Assembly (NCBI GenBank): GCA_965112735.1
Contig: OZ218952.1
Span: 5,022,001 to 5,086,000 of the forward strand
DNA: 64,000 nucleotides
Direction: 5' to 3'
Origin: Phaeosaccion multiseriatum
Taxonomy: Eukaryota; Protista; Ochrophyta, other classes
In this document: positions 12,316 through 25,255 of the stretch, one piece after another
Layout of the letters: every line of letters starts with the position of its first letter
Numbering within the stretch: position 1 is the stretch's first letter
Notes under the pieces: generated by a model
Told to the model about the DNA's origin: nothing
Seen by the model: the letters and a program-made list of their open reading frames with translations, nothing else
Database searches by the model: none
Program-made: the position numbers and the translations under genes

Positions 12316-15300
12316 TGGTCTTGCCCACCGCGAAGCATCCCTCCTGCAGCTTGCCCCCCCTCGTGAGCATCCCGATGAGGTCCTTTGCAGGCACCGCAGA
12401 GGACAGGCCGGGGCAGATGCAGTGGTAGCGACTTGAGAAGTCGGAGAAGCTTCGGCGGATGGGGAAGCCCATCTTGCGGATGGAACACACCTCGAGCAGC
12501 CCTGAGTAGCGAAGCTGTTCGAGCGTTCGAGCATCGATAGGTAAGTCAACAAGTCAGGCAGCAAGTGAGGTAAGTGAGGGAATCAATCAATCAATCAGTG
12601 AGCTACTGGTATCGTATCAGAAATGGCAAGTACACATGGTAGTACGGACACACACCTGTTCGAGCATCATGTGTGCCATGAAGAGGCCGCCCTTCTTGTC
12701 GCTGTTGGGCTTCATGCAACGGATGAAGTGCGGCTCCGTGTCATTCAGAATGGCCATCAGGTCGTCCAGCTGGGCACGGAACTGTTGAGAGGGGATGGGA
12801 AGATGATGAGGGGCTGTCAGTTGTACGACAGGGGGGGATACCGAAACGCAACCATGAAGCGCAACCCCCCCTAATGTAGCGTACGCACCTGCTTTCCCAG
12901 GGTGTTGGACTTTGCCATGCCTTGCACTCGGACGCCGGCACGTGGAGGAGTCGGGGGGGTGGAAGAGGTGGTTCTGGGAGAGAGGAGGTGAGGGGAGGGG
13001 AGGGGAGGGGAGGGAGGAGAGGGCAGAGGCATATGGGCACCGGGGAGGGAGGGAGGGAGAGGGAGGGGAGTGAGCACATCACTAGCGACATAGCATTGAA
13101 ACTGACACTAAAGCGCCCCTTTCAAGTCCCTTTCATCGGTGCTCCTCCGTAGGTAGGCAGGCCCTTTGATGCCCTTTTGCGTGTCGGGTGGAGCTCTGAT
13201 GGGCCGCCCTTCCACCAATGCAGCACGGACACACAGACAAGAGGCGGTCTCCAAGCCTGCCTTTCCCTCTCCATCTTGCCCCTCCCTCCCCCTCTCCCCT
13301 CTCCCCTCTCCCTCCTCTGCCTGACCTGGTGGATACAGGCCTCCCCACAGGCGAGTTGGGCCTGCTGCGCCCCTCTCCGTCGAGGAGGTCCTGGATGAAG
13401 GGGGAGTCGCTGCCTCGAAGGGTAGACAGCACGTCCTGAGCGATGGAGTGGAGGCAAGGTTTGATTCGTCAGGCAGCGTAGACGGCGGTTTGTACGCGGT
13501 TATTACGCGGTCAGGGAAAGGCAATGCAGCAGCAGCAGCAGCAGCTAGGAAGGTAAGAGACGGGGGAGAAGAGAAGGAACAGCAGCTTGGCCGCGTTTCC
13601 ACCGCGTGTCATCCGAATAAGATGACAAAAAACAAACTGAAACTCTTGTGACTCGGGTAGCAGAAGCAGCGTTAACCACAGGCCTGCCCATAGACCTTAC
13701 CAAAAGCCTGCCCACCTGCCCATATGCCTGCCTCCCTGCCCCATATGCCTGCCTCCCTGCCCATATGCCTACCTGGTGCAGTGCATCCTTGTTCTTCTCC
13801 AGGAAGTCCTTGACATTGTAAAAGACGGCTCCTGCGTAATGGAGCACGCCGAAGCACGAGCGCGAGTTGGGGTCAGGGCACGAACCCCGCTTGGGCCGCA
13901 AGTGGTGCTCGTTGAGGCGGTGGTCCTGTTTGTGGGGCAGAGGGGAGGTGGGGTGGGGCGGGGCACGGTCAGGAGAAGTGGATGGGTCGGGGGAGGAGGG
14001 GAGAAAGGGAGAGGCAGAGAGAGAGACCACGCATGGCGGCTGCTGAAGGGGCACGGCAGACAGGAGGCACAGATACCTCTACCCATATGCGTGTCTGCCC
14101 ATACGCCTGCCTACCTGCTGCAGCTTGGCCAGGAACTTCTCGTCTGTGCCATTGACCATGATTTGCTCGTCCAGCATGGAGAAGATTCCGTTGGACCGCG
14201 ACTCCAGGAACTCAAGGATGGGTTTGTTGTCTTGGAAGGTGAAGCTCGACACCTGATCACACGGTCAACGGGGAGGGGCAGGGAGGGCATCACAGTTGGC
14301 ATCCGAGATAGCAATGGGGCGTGGATGTGTAGGTGTGATGAGGATGTAGAGGCGTATGGGTGACCAAAGGGTGGTCACGGGGGGGTGGAAGGATTGGCGC
14401 TTCGTTTAATGACTTACCATGACGCCCTCCTCTGCGTACGCCGCAATCTCCAGAGTGAAGACGTGTTGGTTGAAGTGAAAAGCTGAAGTATAGGTAACAT
14501 GGGGTAAGTTGGGGTCATATGGGATGGCATGATCAGAGTCAGGTAGAGAGAGAGAGAGTGACAGGGAGAGTGGAAGAGAGAGGCCGGGGGGAGCGGAGGG
14601 GAAGGGAGAGAGGGAGGGAGAAAGGGAGAAAGGGAGAGAGGGAGAGAGAGGCCGGGGGGAGCGGAGGGGAAGGGAGAGAGGGAGGGAGAAAGGGAGAAAG
14701 GGAGAGAGGGAGAGAGAGGGGCCGAGCGGAGCGTGGTGCAGACAGGCCTTTTGTCGAGGTCATACTTCGATCGCTATACATATTTATCAAGGTCGATTTT
14801 GAAGATCGAGGCTCCATCCCTACACATTGTCACTCACCCAATTTCTCGTTACAGTAGTTGATGCACAGCTGCAGACAAGGCCAGCAGGGGGGGGGCACGA
14901 GCCGCGAGAGGGAGGGGGGAGGGAGGGGGGAGGAAGGGGGGGAGGGAGGATTGAGTGAGTGAGGAGATGGAGGGGAGGGGGGGGGGGGGCGTGCGTGGTT
15001 CGGCAGCGGAAAAAGGACATCGAAACGGGCACCGACAAATACAAAGTTGGGCAGACAGGACCGGCCTGGTCTGATAGGAGGAAGAGGAGGAGGAGGAGGC
15101 CGTACTCCAACGCAAATACACACCGCACGGGCTTGGAGGCTGTTGACGACGGAGCTCACCACACACACACACACACACACACACAGCCTTCCTGCCATAC
15201 TGCCTCACCTGCTCGAAGCTGTTGACGACGAAGCTCTCGAAGCCGAAGATGTCGAGCACCCCGATAATGTTGGCCGTGCCCTCCGCGTAGGCTGCCTGCA

Positions 15301-18300
15301 CCTGCTTGGCGGCGTGCTGAGCTCTGCCTCTCTTGGGGCTGCCGTCCTCGCCGGCGCCGGTGAGAGTGCGGTTGATGTGGCGGATGATCCAGCCGAACAT
15401 GAAGGAGTACAGAACCTGGGGTATCGGGTATTGAAGTACAAGAAGGGGTGGGGGGGGGAGTGGATGGGGGGGTGGGGGGTGAGGGAGTGGAGGAGGAGGA
15501 GGAGGAGGCGGTGGTGGAGGAGGAGGGGAAGGAAGAAGAAGAAGAAGAGGAGGAGGAGGAGGAGGAGGAGGAGAAGGAAGAGGAGGAGGAGGAGGAGGAG
15601 GAGGAGGAGGAGGAGGAGGAGGAGAAGGAGGAGAAGGAGGAGGAGGAGGAGAAGGAGGAGAGGCGGGGTGGGGGGCAGTCAGTGAGTCATTCAGTCAGCC
15701 AACCAACCACCAGTCCAGTGGCATTACGGGCGTGGTGTGCACGTGCGCGTGCGTACGGGTCAGGCCGCCCTCCCTGCCTCCCTCACATCACCAACATCCC
15801 CCTCCCTCCCTCCCTGCCCCCCTCACATCACCAACACCCCCCTCCCTCCCTGCCTGCCTCCCTGCCTGCCTCTCTCCCTCCCTACCCCAACTACTCACTC
15901 TGGCCCTCACTGACCCAACTGCTCACTCATGCCCTCACTCACTCCCTCCCTCCCTCCCTCCCTCCCTCCCTCCCTCACGCATTCATCCCTTCACTGACCC
16001 AACTGCTCACTCACGCCCTCACTCACTCCCTCCCTCCCTCCCTCCCTCCCTCACGCATTCATCCCTTCACTGACCCAACTGCTCACTCACGCCCTCACTC
16101 CCTCCCTCCCTCCCTCCCTCCCTCCCTCCCTCCCTCACGCATTTATCCCTTCACTGACCCAACTGCTCACTCACGCCCTCACTCACTCCCTCCCTCCCTC
16201 CCTCCCTCCCTCCCTCCCTCCCTCCCTTCCTCCCTCACGCATTCATCCCTTCACTGACCCAACTACTCACTCAGGCCCTCACTCACTCACTCCCTCCCTC
16301 ATGCATTCATCCCTTCACTGACCCAACTACTCCCTCCCTCACTCACTCCCTCCCTCCCTCCCTCATGCATTCATCCCTTCACTCGCCCAACACTCCCTCC
16401 CTCACTCCCTCCACTCCCTCCCTCTCTCCCTCCCTCTCTCCCTCCCATCTACTGCCGTCCCTCACCTTGGCCATGGCATCTCGTGTGGCTTTGGCCTCTG
16501 AGACCTTGTAGGGCACAATCACATCGCCCACGCTGAGCTTCCTCGTAGTGAGGCACTTGGCCAGCTCATCCGGCCCCACCCCTAACAGCTTGCCCACGAG
16601 CTCCAGCCCCGCCCTCTCTGGCAGCTTCGCCTCCTCGTCCTCCCCCTCCTCTCCGTCCTCCCCATCCGCTCCTGCTCCTCCCGAAGTGGACGAAAAGACG
16701 CCGCTGGCCCCGCCCTTGAAGCGCTCCACGAACTCGAGATTACCAATGTGCAAGACGGCTGCCACTGTGGTCCAGATGTCTTTCTTGGCTTGCTTGCCGA
16801 ACTCCAGGGTATCCATGGCACGCTTTACCTCTTCGAAGTCTACTTCGTCCACCACCCTGCAGAGGGGATGGCAGTCCATGGGAGGGGGGGAGGGTGTCAG
16901 AGAGAGACATCCGAAGAACAGAACCCACAGACACATGCATGCATACACACACATGCACACTTCTACAGACACACACACAGACACCGCAAAGAGACAGACA
17001 AACAGACACAGAAACACAGAAACACAGAAACACACACGCACGCACGCACGCACGCACACCCTCACCCATCGATGAAGTAGTCGGCCTGTTTGTTGAGATA
17101 TTCAAAGTACTCGCAGCTTTCCAGCTGCAGCAGCTCGCGCAGGGGCCCACCCGCAGCCCCCGAGAAGGAACTACGTCGGGGTGACGAGGACGAGTCCCCC
17201 CCCACCTCTCCCCCCTCTCCATCCATCTCTGCCTCTGCCCCTGCCAGCAGCTGATAGAATATGTGGTAGTTACGCTCGCCGTCTGCCTGGCTCACTACCC
17301 GGCTCTTCTCGAGGAGGTAGGACACAATGCTCCCCTCTGAGATGCCCCCGAAGCGGTCGAAGAAGATGGTGATGAGCTTCCCAAACCTGCTCGAGTTGTT
17401 GTTGCGCACCTGCACGGGTTGGGCATACGGGGATGGATGGGCGTCATTGGCCGTCGCCAATCGACCAATGGGAGGGGAAGGGGAGGGAAAGGGGCAGGAA
17501 AGCAAGGGAAGGAAAGGGAGGGAAGGGCAGGAGAACAACCAGAGCACAAGAGAGGGCAAGGGGAAGGGGAGGAGACGGGAGGGAAGGGAAGGGAAGGGAA
17601 GGGGAGGGTAGAGTAGAGTAGGGTAGGGAAGAGTAGGGTAGGGTTTGGTAGGGGAGGGAAGGGTAGGGAAGGCCGACGCATGAGGTCCCGCACGGCACGA
17701 CGCGAGCAGACAGAGAGGCCTCCCTCCCTCCCTCCCTCCCTCCATGACCTCCCTCCCTCCCTCCCTCCCTCCCTCCCTCCCTCCCTCCCTCCCCTCCCTC
17801 CCTCTCTCACCGTCTTGGCATTTCCAAAGGCCTCTAAGATCGGGTTGGCCTGTAGCAGCTGCTGTTCCAAAGAGCATTCCTCTGCATCTGAGGCCCTCCC
17901 GCTGTGACTGGCACTGAGGTCCGCAATGTACTGTAGTACGAGTTTGCAGGCCTCGCTCTTGCCGGCGCCGCTCTCCCCCGTGATGATGACTGACTGACTC
18001 TTGCGCTCGTTGAGGAGGTCGTGGTAGGCGGCATGGCCGATGGAGAAGACATGCGGGGCCTTGTCACGAGGGTCTCCCTGGAGAGGGAGGGTGGGAGGGG
18101 GGAGGGGGAGACGGGGAGGGAGAGAGGGGGATAGGGTGGGGGGATGGCAGAGAGAGGGAGGGAGGGGGAGGGGGAGGGGGAGGGAGGGAGGGAGGGGCAC
18201 ACGCACACACACGCACACACACGCACACACACGCACACACACGCACACACACGCACACACACGCACACATAGGTAGACAGTCAGTTCGTGGATCAGGAGC

Positions 18301-19975
18301 GGTTGGGGCGATGGACCCAACTTGACACCCAACTTGACACCCAACTTGACAGCTTTCCCGCGAGTCGCGCGCGTTGCTCACAGGGGGAAGACGGCTGACT
18401 GCAGACCACGCCTAGGAAGGGGAGAAGGACCCCCACCCACTCACTCACTCACTCACTCACTCACTCACTCACTCACTGACCGACTCACTGACTCATTCAC
18501 TCACCCACTCACTCACTCCCTCACTCCCTCACTCCATCACTCACTCACTCACTCACTGGCTTAGCTCACTCACTCACTCCCTCACTCACTCACTCGCTCA
18601 CTCACTCACCCACTCACCCACTCACCCACTCACTACTTACCCATTGACTAACACTCACTCACTCCCTCCATCACTCACTCACTCACTCACACACTCATTC
18701 ACTCACTCACTCACTCACACACTCATTCACTCACTCACTCACTCACGCACCTGCTTGTAAAAGTCCATCCGCTCGGGTGTGTAGAGCGGCAGCGGCTTGA
18801 AAGGGTTCACCGACACCAAAATGGTGCCAATGTTGGAGTAGATCTGTCGGGCGGGGGGGGGAGGGGAGGAGGGGGAGGAGGGGGAGTAGCAAAAGAGGGG
18901 GGGCGGGTGGTGGTGGAGCACAAGAGGGGGGGAGGGTGAGGAGGGTGAGCTTGTAAGAGGTGCTGGCGACGAAGGGAGGGGCCACAGCGACCAGGCACCA
19001 AGCCGCAGCCGCCCCAACTCTACCGCCCCCCCCCCCCCCAAGGAGCCCTAGTTGGGTGCCCAAGGAGCCCTAGTTGGGTGCTACCCTAAGGCTTGCGTTT
19101 GTTGCCTCCGCCGCATCATTCGCTCTCACCTTATCCTCCGCAAAGCGCGAGCGCAGCACATGCAGCAGGCTGTGGTCGTTCAAGTCGTCGAGGTCTGTGA
19201 GGTTGTCCACGTTGGCGGACATGCACGAGTGGTGCAGCTCGGAGCACAGAATCGTCTCGGTTCCGTCCAGTGCACGCACCTGCACGTGATGATGGAAAAT
19301 GGCAGGTGATGGCACATGATGGTGGAAGGTGGCAGGTGATGGCCAGGGGGGGAAGAGCAGAGGGTTGTTTCAGAGGAGTGCAGCAGCAGCAGCAGCAGGA
19401 GGAGGAGGAGGAAGAGGTGTAAACAGAGGAGGAAGAGGTGTAAACAGAAGCCAAGGAGGAGTGTTCCTTGCCGCTGCCTCCTCTGAAGGTGCCTCTCAGG
19501 GACCTGTCTGCACTGCCCATACGCTATTTGCGGATTAGGGTCTCGCCCAACCCCCCTTGTCAGCCACACTCCCCTCCCCCTTCCCGCTGCCGTTCCTGCC
19601 CTTCCGCTCCTTGCTAACATGTGGAGAGGGAAGCTGTGCCGTCAACATCACATCCCTGCCCTCCCATTGTTGCAGAGTTTCCTCGATTCGCCCCATGTCC
19701 CTCCGCGTGGGCCGCTCATCTTCTGCCCCTCCAACGTCCAACCCCTCTGTCAGCCGCACTCTCCTCCTTCGTAGCCAGCCAGGCTCCCTCCCCCCAATAT
19801 TCCGTGGTAATGCTCCTCCATGTTCCGTGGTAGTACTCGTACTCACCGTGCCGTCCTCCATTTCGACCTTCCCAGGCTGCCCCTTCACAAATAGGTCCAC
19901 CACCTTTCCGGGCAGCACCACATGGTCCTTGTCAGGCACCCAGATCCACGAGCCGCCGTGGAACAGGGAAGCCAT
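4483..19975 (-). CDS. Unconventional myosin: N-terminal SH3-like, motor, IQ, helical-repeat tail, MyTH4 and FERM; 29 exons by manual count
   Basis: P-loop [21 protein letters not shown], switch [10 protein letters not shown], switch [31 protein letters not shown]. MyTH4 '[18 protein letters not shown]...AWQLM'; FERM-like 'PMFGAHYFY...[12 protein letters not shown]'. All introns examined are GT-AG; stop TAA at 4483-4485. Confidence 0.93.
7563..7678. repeat. 26-bp intronic tandem repeat (GGGTGTCAGGACAGAGCAGCAGCAGT), about 4.5 copies
   Basis: Directly visible; abuts a myosin acceptor site. Confidence 0.9.
15900..16385. repeat. Intronic minisatellite of about 55-70 bp with core CATTCATCCCTTCACTGACCCAACT, about 7 copies
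   Basis: Repeated core separated by variable (CCCT)n and (CACT)n runs in a myosin intron. Confidence 0.85.
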
Positions 19976-21093
19976 GTCTACTGAGGCGTCCCCTTCCTAC
20001 GCAAGTCTCTTTCCTCCTCACCGCCCCCCAACGGGGCGAGAACGCAAGAGACGCAGGGAAGACCGATGAGAGAGAACCTGCGCTCACTTTAGCTCGAAAC
20101 GCGCCCTCGCTGCCCAGCAATCAGTTCCACCGCTATTCCTAGTAGGCGTCAGGGAAACGATCATCACGGGAGACGGGGGGGGAAAGGACCCGAAGACAAG
20201 GTGGCGTTAAGGTAATCATTCCTGCTCCGCGACATTGACATTAGCCAGGTAGGCAAAGTACAGCAGCTGCTGCCGCAGCAGCAGCAGTGCGGTGGCTTCC
20301 ACTCCACTCCATCAACGACCAAAGAAAAGGGGTGGTGCTGCATCTGCATGCGACGGAACGGCGGGGTTTTCTCCCAATCTCTCTTCATTGGGGGGATGAT
20401 GGCAAATGCTCTCTCCATTCCCCCAATCAGCCACCTCCTTCTGCTTCGCATACGGTGTGTTGGAATGCGACGACCGCCTCGAAAGGAGAGTCGCTGGCCG
20501 AGCCCCTCGCTTTGACCACCAAGCCGCAACAAACAGGCCCTGTTGGAGCGGGAGACAATTCCGCCTTTTGCCAGAGAGAAGACAGCCAAAGCCACCGCAA
20601 CACACAGCCGCAAGGGGAGCACGACGTCTTTCCTAGCCTAGTCCCTTCCTGCCCTCTTACCTCGTGCTCTGTCAGGCTATACACCACACTCTGTCCTGAT
20701 CGGCGAATCAGCACGTGAGTTTGGAGTTTTCAATTTGAGCTTGTTGTCCTCCATGGTTCTTTGATCCATCGATCTCACCTGAGCAAAATTTTGATGAAGC
20801 AAGGAAAGCCCGAAGCGACGACAAACGTAAGTCCGCGATTGTGGGAGAGACCATGAAGGTGATGAAGGAGAGAGAAGAAAGAAGAGGAGGTGGTATCAGC
20901 ATCTCCCCTAGGGCAGCACGGTACTGGCTGGCTCCTGACATGCTGAGCAAAAGGATAGCGTCTCGCTGCGGCTTCAGAGCTTCAGATTTTTACAAAATTC
21001 GGTGAGCTCGATTCTCCTGCTGACTCTTTTTCTCCTGCTCTACCGCTGCTAATGGGAAGGAGGAGGCGGGCAGCAGGCAGACAGGGCGAAGCT

Positions 21094-21126
<33 letters not shown>

Positions 21127-21723
21127 ATGGTATGTTCGCCGAGTATGTGTGTGCGTGCGTGTGCGTGCGTGTGTGTGTGTTGGCGTGCGTGTTGCGTGCG
21201 TGCGTGCGTGCGTACGTACGTGCGTGTGTGTGCGCGTGTGTGTGGGGGGGGGAGGGTTAGACGCAACCCCTCTTGGACCTGCCTGACTGTCTCTCTCGGA
21301 CCGGAGTCCCTCATCTCTCGCCGCTTGGGAGGAACTGGCACCCCCGACTGAGCGGTAGCGGCCTCGAGACTTGAAGACTTGGAGCTGGCTGCAATGGACT
21401 GACTTGAAGCAAGAGGAAGGACGGGCTTCAAGAAGCTTCAAGGACTGGCCCCGGCCCCAGACGAATAGGCGGAGGACTCTGGAGGTTACCCACTCCGAAG
21501 CCTTAGAAATACCGGCTGCTTCCAGCGTGTCTCAAGTTGGTTTGATGATTCGCGGGCCTGACTTGTTAGCTCATATAATCCCAAACAAACACCTCCAAAC
21601 TGGTCTCCAAACTGAGCTAGAACACGCCCCCCCTTGCACCCACATGCGTACACCCCTGGGGCACAGGACTCTCCCCTGCCACCAGGCTTGCTGATGCTGC
21701 TGCTGCTGGTGCTGCTGGTGCTC

Positions 21724-21755
<32 letters not shown>

Positions 21756-21764
21756 CATGGTGCT

Positions 21765-22200
21765 GCTGCTGCTGGTGCTGGTGCTGTTGCGGCTGAAGAT
21801 GGTGCTGGTGGTGCTGCTGGTGCTGCTGGTGTTTCTGCAGCGTCTCCATCCGTACCGGCGAGAGAGGAGGAGCCTTGAGGACTCCTCGACTCGGAGTCCA
21901 CGCCTCCCCGCCAGTGGCATCGAGTGGCACGGCGCTCTGCCTCCCCCGCCCGCCTCCCTCCTCTCCTCGACCCTAGCGTGCTCTTGAGCAGCGTGCTCGT
22001 CAGTCAGCAGTACGTGTTCCTGCGTTGTGCGCGGCCGAGTACATTTGCGTTTGCGCTTGCCACCCCAACCGCACACACACAGGGCCTGACCCCCTGACCC
22101 CTCTCCGACGGCGGCGAAAGTATCTGATCTCCTCCTCTTCTCTGGTTTCATATGCCCATATGCCCACATATATGCCTGCCTGCATGCCCTGTGATGCAGA
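21765..22200. repeat. Copy 1 of a ~0.4-kb dispersed direct repeat (copy 2 at 27358-27750)
   Basis: Long identical stretches such as CTGCAGCGTCTCCATCCGTACCGGCGAGAGAGGAGGAGCC. Similarity ends sharply at CCCTGTGATGCAGA in both copies. Confidence 0.9.
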
Positions 22201-22211
22201 AAAACATACGC

Positions 22212-23105
22212 TGCCAGTCGGAAGTTAGAGAGGAGGACGAGTCTTTGCGCACCCGGCACCGCCCCTCTGACGGTGCCGCGCACACTCCAACCCACCCGAT
22301 TCTCTATCTCCCCGCGGTAGATACCAATGGGTACCCCTCGAATATCTCCCCACTGAGTCCACCAGTACCCCGGGGCGAGTGGGTGGGAGAAGATTCACCG
22401 CGTTAGCTGCTTTCAGGGCAGCGACTCCTATCCTCACTTCCACTCAACCACACCACACCACAGTCCTCTTATGCCACACCCTCAAGTTTCTAAACCCCCA
22501 TCCTCCCTCGCCAGTCCGTGAAAAGTCGTTTTCCCACCGGGGTACGAAAACTCCCCTTTCACGGCCTTCCCGGTCGGATACCTCTCCCCAACACTCACAA
22601 ATGCCCACCCAATAGTATTACAATTAGGTAAGAGGGGGTACTTGCCAGTCGGAAGTTAGAGAGGAGGACGAGTCTTTGCGCACCCGGCACCGCCCCTCTG
22701 ACGGTGCCACACACACTCCAACTCAACTGGATTTCCAGTCCCTCAACTCGTCCCTCCGCCTCGCCTCTCCCCCCCCTCGCCCTCCCCTCCACGCCCCACT
22801 ATCCCATCATACTCCGCATCCCCAGTCTTTGTCCGCCCCCGCCTCTCTCACCCCCAAACACTGGTCCCACGTCCTCGCCCTCCTACTGTAACAATATCCC
22901 CCCTTTGTGCTAGTATCTCCGACACCCTCTCCGACTCCTCCACGTTCGACCGAATGTACCGCATGAACGCCTTGCTCTTCCACCTCCCTTCCACTTGAAT
23001 CGTCGAATCTGACGCCCCCTTTGCCGCTAGTGTCGTTGCACCCCCAACACGAAAGGAATGCAGTGCATATAACGACTCTGACTCATCACAGCTTGCCTGA
23101 CGCAG
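22212..23105 (-). mobile_element. 3' end of a DIRS-order (Ngaro/PAT-like) tyrosine-recombinase retroelement
   Basis: A startless minus-strand frame at 23105-22848 encodes YALHSFRVGGATTLAAKGASDSTIQVEGRWKSKAFMRYIR (H-x-x-R, W and catalytic Y). It is followed by two 80-bp direct repeats (22643-22722, 22212-22291) around a ~350-bp spacer, matching the B1-A2-B2 layout of split-direct-repeat elements. Confidence 0.85.
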
Positions 23106-23243
23106 TTACGGGAGAATCTCCCCTACCACGCTCTTCTTGTAGGGAGATGGAACGAAGAAACTGACGACCATTCGTGAGCATACCCCCACATGTCTCAGCC
23201 CCTCTTCTCAGCCGACTTTTCTCCTCTTCAGCTGTTCCCGCCC

Positions 23244-23390
23244 TGTTACGATACAAGGCATCCCAATATGCCTTCAGTATTATTGGGATGCCTTATATCG
23301 TAACAAAAGGTGGGTTCGGTTACCACCTTTTGTTACGATATAAGGCATCCCAATATGCGTTCAGTATTATCCGAACCTTATATCGTAACA
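23244..23390. mobile_element. 147-bp micro LTR-like (TRIM-like) element with 5-bp TSD
   Basis: Two direct repeats TGTTACGATA...TATCGTAACA (23244-23305, 23331-23390) around a 25-bp spacer. CGCCC is duplicated at 23239-23243 and 23391-23395. Confidence 0.8.
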
Positions 23391-24658
23391 CGCCCCTCTC
23401 CATACTGTCTCAGCCCCTCTTCAAGCTGTTTCTGCTGCTCTTCAAATTTTTCAAATGTTTCATTCGCCTCTTTCAGCTGCTCTTCGCACCGCCTTATCTT
23501 CTTTTTGTTCGTTTCTTCCTCCACCTTAAGCTCCTCCTTCCTCTCGTTGAGGCTATTTTCCTCCCGCTCAAGCTGCGCCCTCCTCTCCTTGAGGCTACCT
23601 CTCTCCCGCTTAAGCTCCTTTTGCTCCGCCTGTACCTTCTTAAAACACCCTCCCTCAAACAGAGTTCTCTGGATCTGCAATAAGTCCTTGCCGTACTGCA
23701 AGCCCTTTTCCCCCTTGTCCTGCCATTCATTCCACGCCGTAACGTCGCTATCCTGCGTTATCTCCACCTCTCCCGCACATGGTTGCCGATCCATTAAGTC
23801 CCTCTCACTCTGGTTGTCATCCTCACCCTCGGCATCGTTGCCATCTTCCTCCTCCTCCTCCTCCTCCTCCTCCTCCTCCTCCTCGTCCTCGTCCTCCTCC
23901 TCCTCCTCCTCCTCCTCCTCCTCCTCCTCCTCCTCCTCCTTCTCCTCTTCCTCCTGTGGTTGAGCTGAGGTAGCGTCTGCATTGACTTGCTTGTGCAGTA
24001 GCAAGTATTGCTGTGCAAACTTGAAGTCACTGGCACAGGCTTTGTCTGGGTCGGGGTCAATCGAGTTGTAGCTCCCCCCCATCTTCTTGATTTTTTCCTT
24101 CGAAGCATTCGAAGCAGAGCTCGAAGTCATCCAGTTCGAGAGCTGGGTCCTGGCGCCCAAGCGCCAACTGTGCAAGTCTTTTTTGAAAGCCACTGACTTC
24201 TTTTGGGCGCGCTTTCTTGCTGTATCTGAGACCACTGCCCCGCTCTCGATGACTTTTCTCCACTTCAACGCCCTCTCGACGATGTCCAGTAGGGCCGGAT
24301 CCTGAATGCCTTGATCGAGCAGAGCTTTAGGCTTTGCGTAGCATTCATCATAAATCTAGATTGAAGGAGAGCGGACCAAGAGGGTGGGGGGTGGGTGGGG
24401 GGGGGGGGCGAGCTTAAGTTGTTTAGGAGGTAGAAGAGGGCAAGAAGACGAGACAGATGGTAGAAGGCAAGGAAGAATAAGGAGAGGAAGGGGAAGGGGG
24501 AGGCATACACTCATCAGGAGTCATGAGAACGGAGGGAGGAGGAAGAGGGAGGAGAGTGTAGAATGGAGAAGGAAAGGAAACAGAGCCATCATCAATGGAC
24601 CTTTGAGGTACACACATACCAATTTGTTCTTGCGCCGTACCATCTTCTTAATCTCCTC
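23378..24658 (-). CDS. Partial spliced gene of unknown function (poly-Glu tract, E/K/R-rich coiled coil), possibly pseudogenised
   Basis: Exon 24658-24620 (EEIKKMVRRKNKL) splices GT-AG in phase to a 326-codon open exon, 24355-23378. The stop codon is supplied by the inserted 147-bp element. The 5' end is unresolved. Confidence 0.5.
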
Positions 24659-25061
24659 CTAAGCTAAGCTGAGATAGTAAAGGGGGTCGGGGGGGGGGGC
24701 AATTTCAAAAATCGAAGGAACTAAAAAACTCGAAGAAAAATCGAGGCGTGAGAAAAGTCGTTCTCCCTTCCCTTCCATACTAGAGAAGTAGCTGGGTGAA
24801 CGGAAAAAAAGGGGGACGCAGCTAACTCTGAAGGATACAGGTTGCTTGAGGTTCTGATGGCTTTATTGTGCCTCCCTTGCCTATGGCTACTCTGGACGCT
24901 GAGCAGAAAGTCACACGCACCTCTGTAAAGCCCCTCCAGCCAGCCAGCCAGACTGCTCTCCTCCTGACTGGCCTAGAAGCCTAGGTTTAAAGGCCCAGAG
25001 ACGATCAGGCCCCCGGCCTAGGCCTCTTTTTGGCGCAGCCCCCCCGGCCTAGGCCTATCGA

Positions 25062-25251
25062 CCCTGGACAAGATTAGGGTGTGCGCCGGTCGTAATCAGT
25101 AATCAGCCAGCCCCGGCTGGCTGGCGCATAAACAGTAATCAGGCTGGCTGATCACCGGCTGTAAGCAACCAGGCCGGCTGGCGCCGGTCATAATCAGTAA
25201 TCAGGCCGCCTGCGCCGGCCGTAATCAGTAATCAGATAATCTTGTCCAGGG
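25062..25251. mobile_element. 190-bp MITE, TIR CCCTGGACAAGATTA, flanked by TCGA
   Basis: Perfect 15-bp TIRs; TCGA at 25058-25061 and 25252-25255; internal TAATCAG and GCCGGC repeats. Confidence 0.85.
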
Positions 25252-25255
25252 TCGA

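Noticed and set aside
20164-21700. Possible gene upstream of the myosin
   Set aside because: No recognisable motifs and no consistent exon chain could be built.
22518-24770. GTGA(G)AAAAGTCGTT(T/C)TCCC match at 22518 and 24748 as the missing A1 repeat of the YR element
   Set aside because: The match is only about 19 nt and does not extend, so it is too short to call.
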